From contig OZ316893.1 in NCBI GenBank assembly GCA_973895155.1, positions 23,706,015-23,770,014 of the forward strand: a DNA stretch of 64,000 nucleotides, read 5' to 3'. The DNA comes from Marsupella aquatica. Its lineage: Eukaryota; Plantae; Marchantiophyta. The notes under the pieces were generated by a model. It saw nothing but the letters and a program-made list of their open reading frames with translations, was not told where the DNA came from and made no database searches. Position numbers and translations under genes: made by a program. This document shows positions 25,122 to 38,341 of this stretch, one piece after another. Numbering within the stretch: the first letter of the stretch is position 1; each line of letters opens with the position of its first letter.

Positions 25122-25640
25122 TTCTTACATGATAGGAATTGTTTCCCATTTCAAATGTAGAAATTTCACAATTAAGAAAACCAGGAAGAAAACACTAATG
25201 AGTATAAGTGTTTTCTTTACTAAGATTCAAACTTTAATTCCCGCTTTAATTTCCTTTGTCTGCAATTTCATTTTGTAGGTACAATTATGCATGAATTCTT
25301 TTGTGAGAAATTTCCTTTTGTAGATACAGTGCATGATTTCTTTTGTGTGCAATTTCATTTTGTAGATAGCGTGCATGCATCCATGCATTATTACCCATTC
25401 AAAACTCATAGACACTGTTAGAATCGCAAAATTGATGCTCTAATTAAAGATTATGGGCAGTTTTAGTGTTTCTAGGTAATTTTACAAACCCCCACATGAA
25501 CATGAAAAATTTGACAAACTCCACTTATTACAAGGGGGAACAACAAATCGTCTAGGATTGTCTTTTTTGTAATTATAATTTAGCAACACTAACATTAAAC
25601 AGTTAGGTTAAAACCTCACATAAGGTAGGATAAATTTTTG
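25122..25640. mobile_element. Diverged dispersed repeat (MITE-like), homologous to 27322-27860
   Basis: Shared blocks attacccatt...aaattgatgctct...gcagttttagtgtttctaggtaa...cacataaggtaggataaattt. Confidence 0.55.
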
Positions 25641-26178
25641 CCTTGTGTTAATTACATTCCTAACTTCCAATCATCTGTCTACTCTTTCTCTTAAATGTAA
25701 AAAATTAGAATGTAAGTTTTAACTCAATCATCCCTCAACTAATTTTCTTATCAATTGATGGTTTAGTCCCGACTTTCCAAGTCAGCAGGAAAATGAAAAC
25801 TTTGTATTCACTGGATTTGTTGTCAAAATAGTCGAAGTAGACAACAATCACATGCACACCGTTTTTGCTGGATCGAGTATGAAGGATTGATCGTTTCTAG
25901 TATGTTGCTTGCAAAAACTATCTAGTTGCTCAAAAAATAGTCTGAAGATCTAACCATACTGGTGACATCCCTAGACGAGGTGGAGGAGAAGACAAAGGTC
26001 CAAGACATTGGTTGTCATGTTGATCCTTAAGCCCAAAAGAAAATCCTTGTGCTAGATTCTTATTCCAATCAGCTGGTCTGAAGTAAATACGTACTATTCA
26101 GATTCAACCTCAGATGATTGCATGTATTGGGAGTAGATATCAGGGCAAGACTATGGGGCTATATGAAAACTAAATTTG

Positions 26179-27226
26179 TCAAGCTTCCCAGCCATTACAA
26201 GCCGTGCCAGCCAGTATATTGACTAATCCGTTATTCAGCTTACCCCTATAGTAAGGACATCGGTCATGGCTTGTGAGCCAAGGGGTAATACATTCAGGGT
26301 GGTACATATGACAACAAGGGAGCCTTATTATAGTCTGCCCCTGGAGAAACTGATCAAAACATATAGGACATTGTTCTTGCTCCATCTTGCTATCATTGTT
26401 CCATACAGGTAAAGAAAAGTCAATTATTTTTCTGGGCAAAGCCTCCATCTCTGTTTTGTTCAGCCCGTTCGAATCCTCTTCCCGATCCTCTTCCTCCTCC
26501 CAATCCTCCTCCCAATCCACCTCCCAATCCTCCTCCCAAACCTCTTCCTCCTCCCAATCGTCCTCCCAATCGTTCTCTGAATTATCGGAATCATTGGAAT
26601 CATCAGGATCATCTGAATCCAGCTCCTCCCAATCCGAAGTCCATAGTCTCTCTCGCCTCAATACCTCCTCCTCATTCCACCTCTCATCGGATTCATCCGG
26701 GTGATCTGAATCCAGCTCCTCCCAATCCTCAGCAGTCCATTGTCTGTCTAGTCTCAACACCTCCTGCTCCTCATTCCAACTCTCATCCCCGCTGTCATGG
26801 AAATCATCAGGATCATTGGAATCCAGCTCCTCCCGATACTCCATCCATTGTCTTTCTGGCCTTAATACCTCCTCATTCCACTTCTCATGCGAATCATCTG
26901 GATGATCTGAATCCAGCTCCTCCGAATCCTCCATCCATATTCTGTCTCGTCTCAATACCTCCTCCTCATTCCAATTCTGTAGTCTCACCAACTCCTCTTG
27001 CAGGTTCCTCATCCAGTCGATCCTTATATACCCTTTGCAGCTCTTCCATGTCTCTGAGTAGCAGCCTTTCAAGCCCCCACAAAACCTGCCAGTAAACCCT
27101 CTCGCAAGCTCTATGTAGACGGTGAAAACTCTTCATGCAAGCAATTTCCAGCTTCCTGTAAAACTTACAACACCCCTTAAAGCTCGCTGAATCACGAAAC
27201 CATGAACCTCTGATGTACCTGTCCAT
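26179..27226 (-). pseudogene. Intronless RING-H2 E3-ligase-like gene with W/E/D-rich repeats; degenerate
   Basis: CPICFDQF...LPCCHMYHPECITPWLTSHDRCPYYR is a RING-H2 with the last Cys replaced by Tyr. The ATG-containing frame (27226) and the RING frame differ by one nt around the G-run at ~27075. Confidence 0.75.
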
Positions 27227-27321
27227 GACGAAGTTAATATTGATCGATGGCCTGGAGACAATGTACTCAGTTGCCTAAACGTGCTCAGACAGCTAGATCC
27301 ATGGAAGTATAACACAAGGCA

Positions 27322-27860
27322 GATCTATCCCCTTCCCATGTGGGACATACTCCCATTTTCTTGAGGTTTCTCCTATGATTTTAACAAATAAGTAGGAGAA
27401 TGCGCAAAGTGGTAGAATTGCACACATTCCCACTTCTGAAAATAGGAGCTTCTCCTAGTTTTGATTTAAAGTGGGACCCCACGTTGGAATTAAATTTCCC
27501 AGTATGTTATGTAGTAATTCCTGAGGATATCTTTGGGTACTTTTAATAGTTTTAAGTGGAACCAGGCACGTGTATTGTTTATGTAGACTGTTAGGTAATG
27601 ATTCATGCATCATTACCCATTTAGAATTCATTGACACAATTTTTACAGCCCAAATTGATGCTCTGGTTGAAGATTTATGAGCAGTTTTAGTGTTTCTAGG
27701 TAAGTATACAAATTCCCGTCTGAACACAAGAGAATTGGCAAAAACACACTTATTACCAAAGGAAAATACAAATACTCTACTATTGTCTTTTTTGTAAGTA
27801 GGATTTAAGAACACCAATAACAAACTAGGTAAAAGTCACACATAAGGTAGGATAAATTTG
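27322..27860. mobile_element. MITE-like repeat, homologous to 25122-25640
   Basis: Homology as above. Imperfect inverted termini atctatcc...catgtg / cacataaggtaggataaat. Confidence 0.5.
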
Positions 27861-29204
27861 ATTTCCGACAGGGGCACGTGACAGTTTTTCCCTATGTAAG
27901 TGTGGGGAGACTTTCCCCTATTCCTAGAGATGATTACAGTTGCCTTGGGCACGAGATATATATTGTAAGAGATCGAGAAAGAAGACCCGAGACACTGCAG
28001 TAGATCGATACAACTAGGACGTCCTTACTTCCCTAATTGAAGCTCCTACCCTAGAATAGGAAATCAGTCACAGGGCTGGAGAACTTGGTCTGACCACTTG
28101 AATGAATGAACGGGATGTCTAGAAAGGGAGTCACCTCTCCAGCAGCTTTTGTGGGGTCCACTGTATCACTTGTCAGTTAATAATTGTGCCTTAAAGGTAC
28201 CTCGATCATTTGGTTGTAGATCCTTGTTAGTAGTCAACTACGACTTACACTTGGGGTAGGTAGCGAGTAGACAGGCTAGTAGTAGTGCGTGCTTACAATT
28301 TAGGACACCAATGACATGTTTCCAAAGTACAATGTTAGTGTGTCTGGCAATAGACAAGGGGTAATGGGCAATTAGGGAATAATAGCAATGTGTTGCTAGG
28401 AGCAATCTTGTGCTGATTTCTAGCTAGTTCCTTGGCAAAAGCTTGTGATCTTTGATGTTATTTGTTCATTATATTGGTGATTTAGTTTGAAAAAGAATAT
28501 TTCCCGACCCGGTTCCCTGCTAGTACGTAAAATTTAAGTTGTTTCATTGATGGAATTTACGCCCAAACTCTAACCCCTTGATACTTGTTTGATTAGTTAG
28601 TGAAAACAATCTGTGTCCAAAACATGTCTCTAAATTGTGGTGTAAAATGCAAGATGGGTAAATTTAAAATATATGATGATTTTTTAATTTTTTTTATGTT
28701 GGCCTTGGACCCATCCTTTAAGGCTTCTTATTATATGTGCTCCAATCTTCTCCCCCTCACCCATCTTACAACCCTGTCCATGCAAGAACAAATATATGAT
28801 GTCCTGCTAGTGACATACCTGGTGACCTACAAGGTGATGGTGGAGAATTAAGTGGAGGTATGCCCGGCAGAGAGGCATGGCTTTGTGGCCGGGTTGTGTG
28901 GTAGCTCACTTGCGTTGAATTCATAGGTCTAGTGTTCAGATGTTGTGACTGATTGTTCCCTTCAATCTCAAAGATTGCCGGGCAGATTTCCCCCCGGCTA
29001 TCCAACTCCCCTTTTTATAAGGCAAGTTTTTAATTCCTTATAATGGCCTTATATCCAATTGACCATCTTAGATTTCATTTTAGTCTACTAAAGTCTTGTA
29101 CCTCTCAACTCAACAAATCCAAAAATGTAACTTAAAAAAACAAACAAACATGATTTGATGTAAAAAAGTTGATCAAAACCAAATTATATGGGTTTTTTTT
29201 AATA

Positions 29205-29439
29205 CAGGGGTCTACAGCCAAACTAGCCAGCTTTTTAGGATTTTTATTAAAAATTTTAAAATATTTTAATAAAAATTACAACATGTATAGGAATATTTTT
29301 AATTTCATATGGAAAAAGAAGAAAACCAAACCTTTTATATGACTTGAAAATTTTTAAACGTGGAAAACCCCAGGTTTTTTTAAATTTTAATTATTTTGTA
29401 TAGCCAACTTTTTAGTCCATATAAAAATGTAGACCCCTG
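29205..29439. mobile_element. MITE, 235 bp, TIR CAGGGGTCTACA, probable TA target
   Basis: caggggtctaca at 29205 and tgtagacccctg ending at 29439. Preceded by TA, followed by TC. Confidence 0.75.
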
Positions 29440-32400
29440 TCTATTATATAAGAGTTGCGTACCCGGGGATTTCCCCTTAATAAAGTAAAAAATTAAATGT
29501 GGAGGTACATAGGTAGCATGCTAATTTCCAGGGGGGTGGACTTTAACCAGATAACAGGGCTATGTACCTATTCAGGGATTGGATTACCCGTCGGACTACT
29601 GACATGCTAATTAAGTTAAGGTCAACAAATGTCTTTTATTGGCTTCCAAAACAGGCATTGATTCTTTTTAGGATAGCACTGTCAATTTCTTCTGAAGATC
29701 TAGTTAAGCTTGCAAACCGTTGCAAACATGGTAAGTACAAAACCCAGACCAATGTATAACTACAGTACTTATAAGGTTTAATTTAGGCAGTAGCATTTCT
29801 CAGTTTTTATTTGAGAAACGATGGAGTCCGTTGAGACTGTCACATAATTAATATCAAAGTATTTGTAGAACCCCTAGTAGATGTTATACTAAAGTTGCAG
29901 AGGGGTTCTATCTCTTGTCCATGTACCTAGGAATAAAAAGGCAAGGTTAGACACAAAGGTTAAACAAGGTGTTGGGATGGACACATGATTTGCAAATCTA
30001 GTGTGATGCTTGCCAGCTTGAGAAATGTGAACAGAAATGAGCAATGTTTGTGATATGAAAAGTTTGCAAAGTTATCGGCAAGAATTTGCTAAACCCCACA
30101 TTAGACATGTTTTGGTCAGAATTTGTGAAGCTAATGTAGAGGATACAGTATGCTCATCCTCGAACATGCTTGATATTTGTCTTGTAGTGATATGTAAGTG
30201 TATAAAATATGAGACTAGAACTAGAATACATAATAAGTGTGAGTATGTGGGATAAAATAATATAAATCATAGAGCACATGCAAAGAAAAGCATATCTAGT
30301 GACCAATGAAAAGTATAGTCAAGTTCTATGACACAAAGGTAGTGAGTGACCAATATGTGAGTCAAGTGCTATGACACCAGTGCTATGACACAAAGGTGTG
30401 TGCTACATGTGCATGTGCATTTATTAATTCAATGTGTCTTATTAATGACACTCAGTTCAATAAAAACCATAAACTTAGAAAAGAAAGCCATGTCTGAGGT
30501 GAACTTAAGACAAGATGTTGTTCACATAATTTATAATTGTTTCTCTCTCATGAGAATACCTGAAGACTTAGTTCTAAGTGGGTAAAGTCATTGGTTAATC
30601 TAAGAGATATTAAAAAACTAAAAATTAAGAGGGCTGCCAAAATGAGTTCAAAATTCTCTAAGAAACCAAAAAACAAAGGGTCCAAAAATTAATTAAAATC
30701 TATATGATACAAAGGATGCCCCTTGATAAGGCACATTGAAATAAAAATACATGCCACAAAAAATCTGAATAAGACAAAATCTGAAAGATGGATTCACCAT
30801 ATAGCCTAAAATTAATCTATAGCAGTCTATGGACTAAAATTAAGGTTGGCTATAATAGAAATTAAAACTTGAAAGAAATTGAGTGTTCCACTTAAATTTT
30901 CATAAGCCATATATAAAGCCCGGTATAAAGTTTGGTTTTCTATTTTTACCCCTGTGCCCCAACATTACTAATAATGGCCGGACATGCAAACGGATGAAGG
31001 GTGCAAAAAATCTGATGTGAAATTAATTATTATAATTGGCTTAAAGTATCAAGGGATGGTTTAATTCAACGGACCCTTTCTAACTAATATGTCAGGCTCA
31101 TATAAATGTCGCCCAAGTTAATATGCTTCAAGAGGTGATGTATTATGGCTGTGACACAAGCCATGATAGGATTGGTCTATAGGGCCACCTTTTATTGGAA
31201 CATGTGTATATGACATATATAATTATGCCTACATCTATGATTCAGAGCAGATTAGGGCTTTCAAACCCTGACTACCCCGGCCCTGGGGTTCAGAAATGCT
31301 CAAAGTTGAAGTTTGGGCTTAAAGGGTCACAAACACAAAAATGTATGTACCCAAAACCTCCCAAAACACTCCCGTCAGTTTTGGAACCATCTGCACATGA
31401 TGACTTTGTAGCTTTTCAAGGTTTTCATAAATGGTGTGAACTGGGGTGTAAAAGGCAAAATTATAGTACCAAATGGGCAGATTTATCCTCCAAAATTCAA
31501 ATTTCAAGAAAAACAAGGGAAAAGTTCATAGGCTCCCAAAAATAATATGGGGTCCTAGGGAGTGAGTGTACACAGGTATACCCCTTTAGTTTACAAAGGC
31601 TGGGGGCCCAGGGCTTTTTCCACATAAGATTGAAAAACATTTCCAAACTTGACTTAAATTTTTATTAAAAGATTTTTAAAATTTTAATAAAATTCCTAAA
31701 AAGCTAGAACTGACATTTCCCATATTAACGTACCACAATCAATTAAAAAAGTTTTAATTCACTTAAGGGAAGCACAAATTATTCCCTAAAACAGCCAAAT
31801 TGGTGGCTTGTTTTGGTTAATCTGAGTTGAATCAATCAGTAAGGGAATATGCATGAAGATACAGTGATCATGGCTTGTGTTAGTCAAGGGTTTATAGAAT
31901 GAAGTACTTAGAATCTAGGAGGGGAATACAAAAGATGATCCTGCTATCATGGTTTGCCCATTCCCGTTCCTTTCCCTGGCTATGAGGGTGAATGATTAAG
32001 GGGCTCCAAACCTTGATCTCGTGATCATAGTTAGTATTCATGAGAGTATTTTGGTTAACAGGATTGATTACTATACTGTATTGTACTGCTTGGCTCCACA
32101 AGCATCTCCAAACCGTGATTGACAACACTACATTAATTTCATTGACCCGATCTTGTGCTGCTCGGTCCCAGCAGTGATTGCACGATTGACCATGCCATGG
32201 TTTGTGATTCCTTTCCTAGGTTTAGCTAGGGTTTGGGGTCCATTTTGGAATCGATTGATTCGATTCAGTAATTGATTGATTAATATATTCTTATAATATT
32301 GATTGGGAGCTTATATGTGGTAATTGAACGTATTTTATGACGGACTTCTTGCAAGTACGGTTGATTGTAAATTTCCTCTCTTGGGGCCCTCATTCCCTCG

Positions 32401-33770
32401 AATATATGAATGTTGCAACATTCTAGCTTTCGATCAGAGGGGGAAGGTTGGAAAGGATAATAATGGTGAAGATTGCACTGAACTTGAAACTGAATGTTCA
32501 GCATCAGATTCGGACATGCATGTTCAATCGGCCAATTCTTAAATCGATATGGTTGCGTTTACTCTAATGTTTGAAGAGGAAAGATAGTCTTAGAACCCTA
32601 AAATAGTAAGTGGAAAGTGGGGGAAAAAACCAACTCCTTGAAACATGATAACTTGCAAACGATGTGTCAGTAGGTGTGCCAGGTGACAATAGGGTTTCTA
32701 TATATGCTTGTGTGGTTTGTTTTCCTAGGTCATTTAGGTGACTCACTTACCATATCAATTGCTCTAGCTATTGCGTTGGGTTTGCTGCATGGTTAATTGT
32801 CTACTTCTATGTTAACTTTCCAGGGCCGGGCACTATGTTCTTCCTCATCCAACTATGTGAGATCATAGTAATGTAAGTTTACTCCCTGTGCACCTGTTTG
32901 ACCTTGTCGTAACTTCTTTTGGAGTTTGAAGATTTCTATTTAGTTGTTGCTTTGAGATCAAGGTCTACCATATATATATACCTCCTTTTACGTACATCCA
33001 CTTCTACTTCTACATACTTCCTTAATTGTACGTGCTCAATCTGCTGGGCCTCAGGTGCCATCGTCAGGCATTGCAGGTTGCTTTCCGCCAAATGGTCTGC
33101 AGCTCTTTCTCTGAAGGGTTCCATGAGGTGTTTTGATGAACTACTAGGACCAAATGTTCAGTGTATTTTTGGTAGACACAAGGAAGATCTGCAAGGTTAG
33201 GAGTTTGAAAGAGGGGAATATAGGGGGTAAGTAGGGAAATTAACCCCAACGTACCTCATGCTCCCCGCCCCCTTACTATTGGGGGTAATTTCCAGAAGAT
33301 GAGTTGGGAATTCATTCCCCTCTTATCAAAGCGATTCATGGTAAGGTATTTGTCCCATATTTAGTAGGGAACCAAATCTCCTTGTAGTGGACGGGCTGCT
33401 ATGCTTGTAAATTACCTATGTCCCTAGGGTAATCATTCGGTGTGTCTTGCAAGTGCATAACCTAAACCCTAAACACACACAAAAGAACACAAGAAAGAAT
33501 ACCAAAGAAACAGTGGACATGAGAAACAGTGGACATGATTCAAAGATGAAGTGTTCAATTCATAATGCTCCCGCAGGAGGCTCGAACAGGTACATATGTG
33601 GAAAGGAAAGACCCACTCAGGCTCTGTCCTCCTAGTCTCATCGTTGTCCCGCTGCACTAAAATCACAACGGGAGGAAACGAGAGTGGCACTGACAAGTAA
33701 ACGAACAGTAAGAGTGTCACTGCCTAACTGACTCAAGCACCGAAGAGAACCTTAGCTAAAACTCATCTAG

Positions 33771-36102
33771 CTACTCTGATGCATTGAACCTCTGCTGCCA
33801 ATTCTCTCCCAGTATGAACTCCAGATTTTGTTCCATGTTATCTTTTTTCCCGGTTGCACAGCCATACATGATGTCCCTGATCATCACTTGTTTTTTGTTC
33901 TGCACAAAACATGCAACATGCGTACAATTAGAGACCACATATATGGAATTTGTAATTCATCATTACTAGTGAGTGCGTGCAGGAATTGTTAGGCAAAGCA
34001 CGCGAACTGAAATACCCCAATAATACCCCATACACAGAGTGACTTTATTCACCTTGCAGTCCACGCAAGCACTTCTAATCTTACCTGCAGCTCCAAAATC
34101 TTCAACTCAATCGAATCTTCGGCGATAAACCTGACGACTTTCACCGACCTTGTTTGCCCTATACGATGTGACCGATCGACGGCCTGGTCCTCTACCGTGG
34201 GATTCCACCACCCGTCTACCATAAGAACATGTGTAGCCTCAGTGATGTTGAGTCCTGTTTTCGTTGCCATCAAGGACAAGAGGATAATGCTGATCTGCAT
34301 GAAATGAGTAGAAACAGTTTAATTAGAATATGAAGAGTTTACCCTTTGAACAAATACAAACACCGATCTGCACGGATAATGACGGTTGTACCTCTGGGGT
34401 CGTCTTGAAATCATTCAAGGCTTGTTCTCTGACATTGGAATTCATTCCTCCATCAATCCTTGTGAACTTTAGACCAGCCTTCAGAATGTGTGGCTCAAGC
34501 ATGTCGAGACATGAAGTCCATTGTGAGAAAACAAGAGCCTTCTGCCTGGGCACAAAGCTTTCGCTGCTGCCCTGTCCTGTAGTGTCCAGCGGAATCGACT
34601 TCAGGTATTCCAAGACTGCATCAAATTTTGGAGAAGGTGGGTGTCGGACATCATATTCTCTTCGCGCCTTCCCTTTTGACTCCGCACCACCATTCACTAG
34701 CCTCAAATCAGCTGGCCTGTATAGGACCTGGGCTGTCACGTATTTTGAACATTTTGCCGATTTGCAGGTTCCAGTTTCCCGGTCTATTGCACAAATGCCA
34801 CAGTATACATGGCCACAGCCAGAAATCTGAAATGGACTTCCAATCAAGCCCCCCTGCACAATCCAACCATTAAAGTGAGTGCATGCAGAAATTGTTAGGC
34901 AAAGCACGTTAACTGAAATACCTCAATCATACCCCAATAATACCCCAATCATACCCCATACACAGAGTGACTGTACTCACCTTGCAGTCCACGCAAGCAC
35001 TTCCAATCTTCAATTGCTGAAACTCTGACACGAGTCGGGCTCGTTGAGGCTCACTAAGGGGCGTTCTTTGCACTTTGTTCCCGATCTCCTCTTCGCGAAT
35101 TTTACATAAGGAAGGAAGTTTCGGGTGCACTGCAAATTGTCGCAACCGGAGCAGAACGCTCAACACATTCGATAAGGCACCTCTTTCGGCATCACGGAAT
35201 TCCTACAACATTACAGGCACATTAATTGCCATCGAACAGACACCTTCAAGGGATCAAATTGAACTCTCATACGTCTTCAACATTGGGGATTATTAAGAGC
35301 CTTACATACCTTGTATAACTCCTTACTCTTTTCCTCCTGATCAAAATAAGCGTTTCGTTCTTGTTGTGTTCTCCATTCAACAATTTGCACCTCGATCATC
35401 TTAGGGGGCAGTGGGAGTATGCCTGCATGTAAGCACAGTGGCAGGGTAAATGCACAATTGATAAAGAAATCAGGCTTGGGATTAAACAAAGTGAACTCTA
35501 CCATGATATATGCATGCACGCTTACTTTTGTCTCTCCTGAGCGCAATCGCAACCAAGTTTTTCGAGAGGATGCCATTCGCTATCTTTGGCCTTGTCTTCA
35601 GCAGCTTCTTTAACTGCGAGAATTCCTTCCACTCTCCTAAAGGATAATACCTCAGAAAACTGAAGTAAGGAAACAGATCAGAAGCCTCGTTCTGTATGGG
35701 TGTACCGCTTAGGCACCACCTCCTCTCTGCCTTGAGACAACGCGAGGCCTTGAAATTTTGACTAGTTTTATTTTTCATGACATGACACTCATCCAGGACT
35801 ACTCTAAGCCAACTAATCTTAAACAGTGGACCTGCAAGTCTAGGTTTTTTTACAGGTCTCTTCATACTCCCTTTTGGCACGCTGGACGTCTTTGGAGCAA
35901 TGGGAGACTCCCCTATCATGATTGAGTACGTAGTGACAACCACGTCATGGCTTGAAATAAAGTTGATGTCTTTATTCCTCTTGTTGTGGTAGAGGAGGAC
36001 CTTCACTTTTGCTATCTTGGAGGTCCTTGCAGCTATTTCTTGGCCCCATTGAATCACCACGCTGGCTGGACAAACAACTAGAGTTGGCCCCGGGGTCCTC
36101 AC
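33771..36102 (-). pseudogene. SNF2-family helicase, RAD5/RAD16-like with inserted RING: 3' exons (motifs Ia-VI)
   Basis: TLVVCPASV (Ia), DVVVTTYS, WLRVVLDECHVMKN (II), WCLSGTPIQN (III), LLRLRQFAVHP, RING-like CVDC...CGHVYCGIC, KALVFSQWTSCLD (IV), GLNITEA (V), EDQAVDRSHRIGQ (VI). GT-AG introns. Last exon 33900-33771. Confidence 0.9.
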
Positions 36103-36799
36103 TTATTTCCTTCCGACCCATCACGCGCAACTAAGTATAGGGTTTTTTAATTCGATTCCGCGGAAGACTTAAGAAGTTTTGTTGAAGAACTTTAGGGGTA
36201 TAAAAATAAATTGTGCAACTTAGAAGTTTGGTAGGGATGGGTAAAAACTCAATTCTTCAATATAAGTTGTACGTTTAAGATAGGGTATGCTGGGAAAGAA
36301 AATATACTAGTGACACGCGTCAACCTTTAATTGGTCCACGTGGCACTACCTTGCATAAGCATGGTTTAGGGGCAACATGTGGGTTTCATAGAGTTTTGAG
36401 GGGAAAACCCAGGGGAAAATTCAAATTGTTTGTGTGAGCGGGAGGTGGACAGGGAGGGGGGGAGAGCAAGGGTTAGGGTAGCCACTCGAGTGTCACTTAG
36501 GGCCGTCGATCCTGGCTAGAGCCGTTTGGGTGAAATCGTGGGGCCATACATTTGGTCGCTCGGGTCCATGGAAGGACCGATTCTTGTTATAGACTAGTTG
36601 TCGTAGCCGTCCAGCACCAAGTTTAGGGTAAAATTGGGCAGCCATCCATCCATCCATTTGTTGGGCCATCCATCGGCAGTTTGCGATGGCTGGTTAGGGA
36701 ACATTCGAATGCGCTTGTGAAGGAAACTTTTGCAGGGTGAGTTGGGGATCAGGGGCTGGGTGTTGCCTCGACACTTTTACAAAGGAAAAGCTTTGAAGC

Positions 36800-37335
36800 G
36801 GGGGCTGCGATGCAAGGATTGCAATGCTGATTGATGGATTGACTGAGGCGCTGCGCTGCTGCAATGTTGATCGATTGAGCCACTACTGATCGATTGAGGC
36901 TTGAGGTGTTGCACTACTGTGATTGAGGTGCTGTGATTGAGGCATGAGGTGTTGCGCTGCTGTGATTGAGGTGCTGCGATTGAGGCACGAGGTGCTGTGC
37001 TGCTGTGATTGAGGTGCTGCGATAGAGGCTTGAGGTGTTGCGCTACGATTGAGGCTTGATGAGGTGCTGCGCTGCAATTGAGGCTTGAGGTGCTGTGCTG
37101 AAATTGAGGCTGGAGGTGCTACGCTGTGACTGCTGTGGCGATTGTGGCTTGAGGTGTTGTGCTGCGATTGCTGCTATGATTGAGGCACTACGATTGAGGC
37201 GCTGATTGGGAAGGGTTGTGATTGGGGGAGAGTTTGGAAGGAGTTGCTGCTATGATTTGGCGAGGCTATTGATTGGGCAAGTTTGGACCGGGCATTGCTG
37301 CCTGCATTGCTGCCTACATTGTTGCCTACGTTGCT
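36800..37335. repeat. Degenerate short tandem repeats (gattgaggtgctgc; ttgctgcctrca)
   Basis: Directly visible. Confidence 0.8.
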
Positions 37336-38341
37336 GCCTCCATTGCTACTATCATACTGTGATTGGGTGTTCTGAGTTGCGAGCTGCATTGTGGGCTGCA
37401 ATAGAGAGTTCAAGGTGAACCAAGGCTGTGCACGAGTGCTCATTGTGAGCTGATCAAGCTTGGTTGGGTGTGCTTCATCTGCTACAGCTGCTTTTGGTGA
37501 AGTTCGATCTCTATCTCAATCTTGGTGCTTTCGAGTTGCAAGATAATTGTGTTGTAACTTTTTCCTTCGTTGTCTAGCTCCATTTGGACTTGTCAAGGTC
37601 TATCAAATCTGTTGTTTGTCGATCTATCTTTCAGCTTTAATTTAGTTGCTGCCTTTTCGCCCCACTTTAAAGCTTAAAAGCGGCTGCTGTCCAACAGGAA
37701 AGCTCATCGATCTCCAGCTTACTCCTGATAGAGTAGGCGTAGCACCTTTAGTCTATCAATGTAGTAGACTTATCTATGTGAACGATACCGAGGATCCAGT
37801 GTCAGCAGTCTTCAATCTTCAGTCAGCTTCTGTGTAGCTAGCAGTTGGGCAGCCAGGTCTCGCTTCATTGCTTCCTCTCGATGCTCACTAGCTCCATCCA
37901 TAGAAGTCCTTGGCAGAAGCATCCTCGGTTAGCAGCATGCACCCATCTTGGCTCTGTCTCTTCAGTTTCAAGTAGCTCCAATGTATCAACATAATGCCAA
38001 ATAATTACAGTAGACAGGCCCAATCAAATTATTATCAGTTATGTCAATTCAACTTATAAATATGCACATTGGATAAACCTCAGATCCTGCCTCAGTTGTC
38101 TTAGATTCTCGCTCAGATTAGAAATTTGTTGTTGTCGAAGTCACTTGAGGTTGGAGAACTTGTTGCTGGAGTTCAGTCTGCTGTCGAAGTCACTTGAGGC
38201 TGTCTACTAAGTCTCAAACAATGTTGAATACTGAGTACTCTTGGAAGCTTTGTAATGACTGCTCTGCTTATTAGTTTGTTTTATGAATGGTGAATTTGAT
38301 TTGCTGTTGTGATCCTGTGATTCTGACATTGTGTTGTGCAG

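Noticed and set aside
26387-26704. Ser-rich ORF (also the antisense ORFs 34330-34830, 38828-39295, 54558-55115)
   Set aside because: These are antisense shadows of real genes on the other strand.
27870-31720. AT-rich stretch with probable TE debris and short ORFs
   Set aside because: Apart from the MITE at 29205, no termini, TSDs or protein motifs could be supported.
31845-31860. atatgcatg as the left end matching the shared repeat boundary
   Set aside because: Only 9 bp and no TSD. The 33177 end gives a ~30-bp TIR plus TSD.
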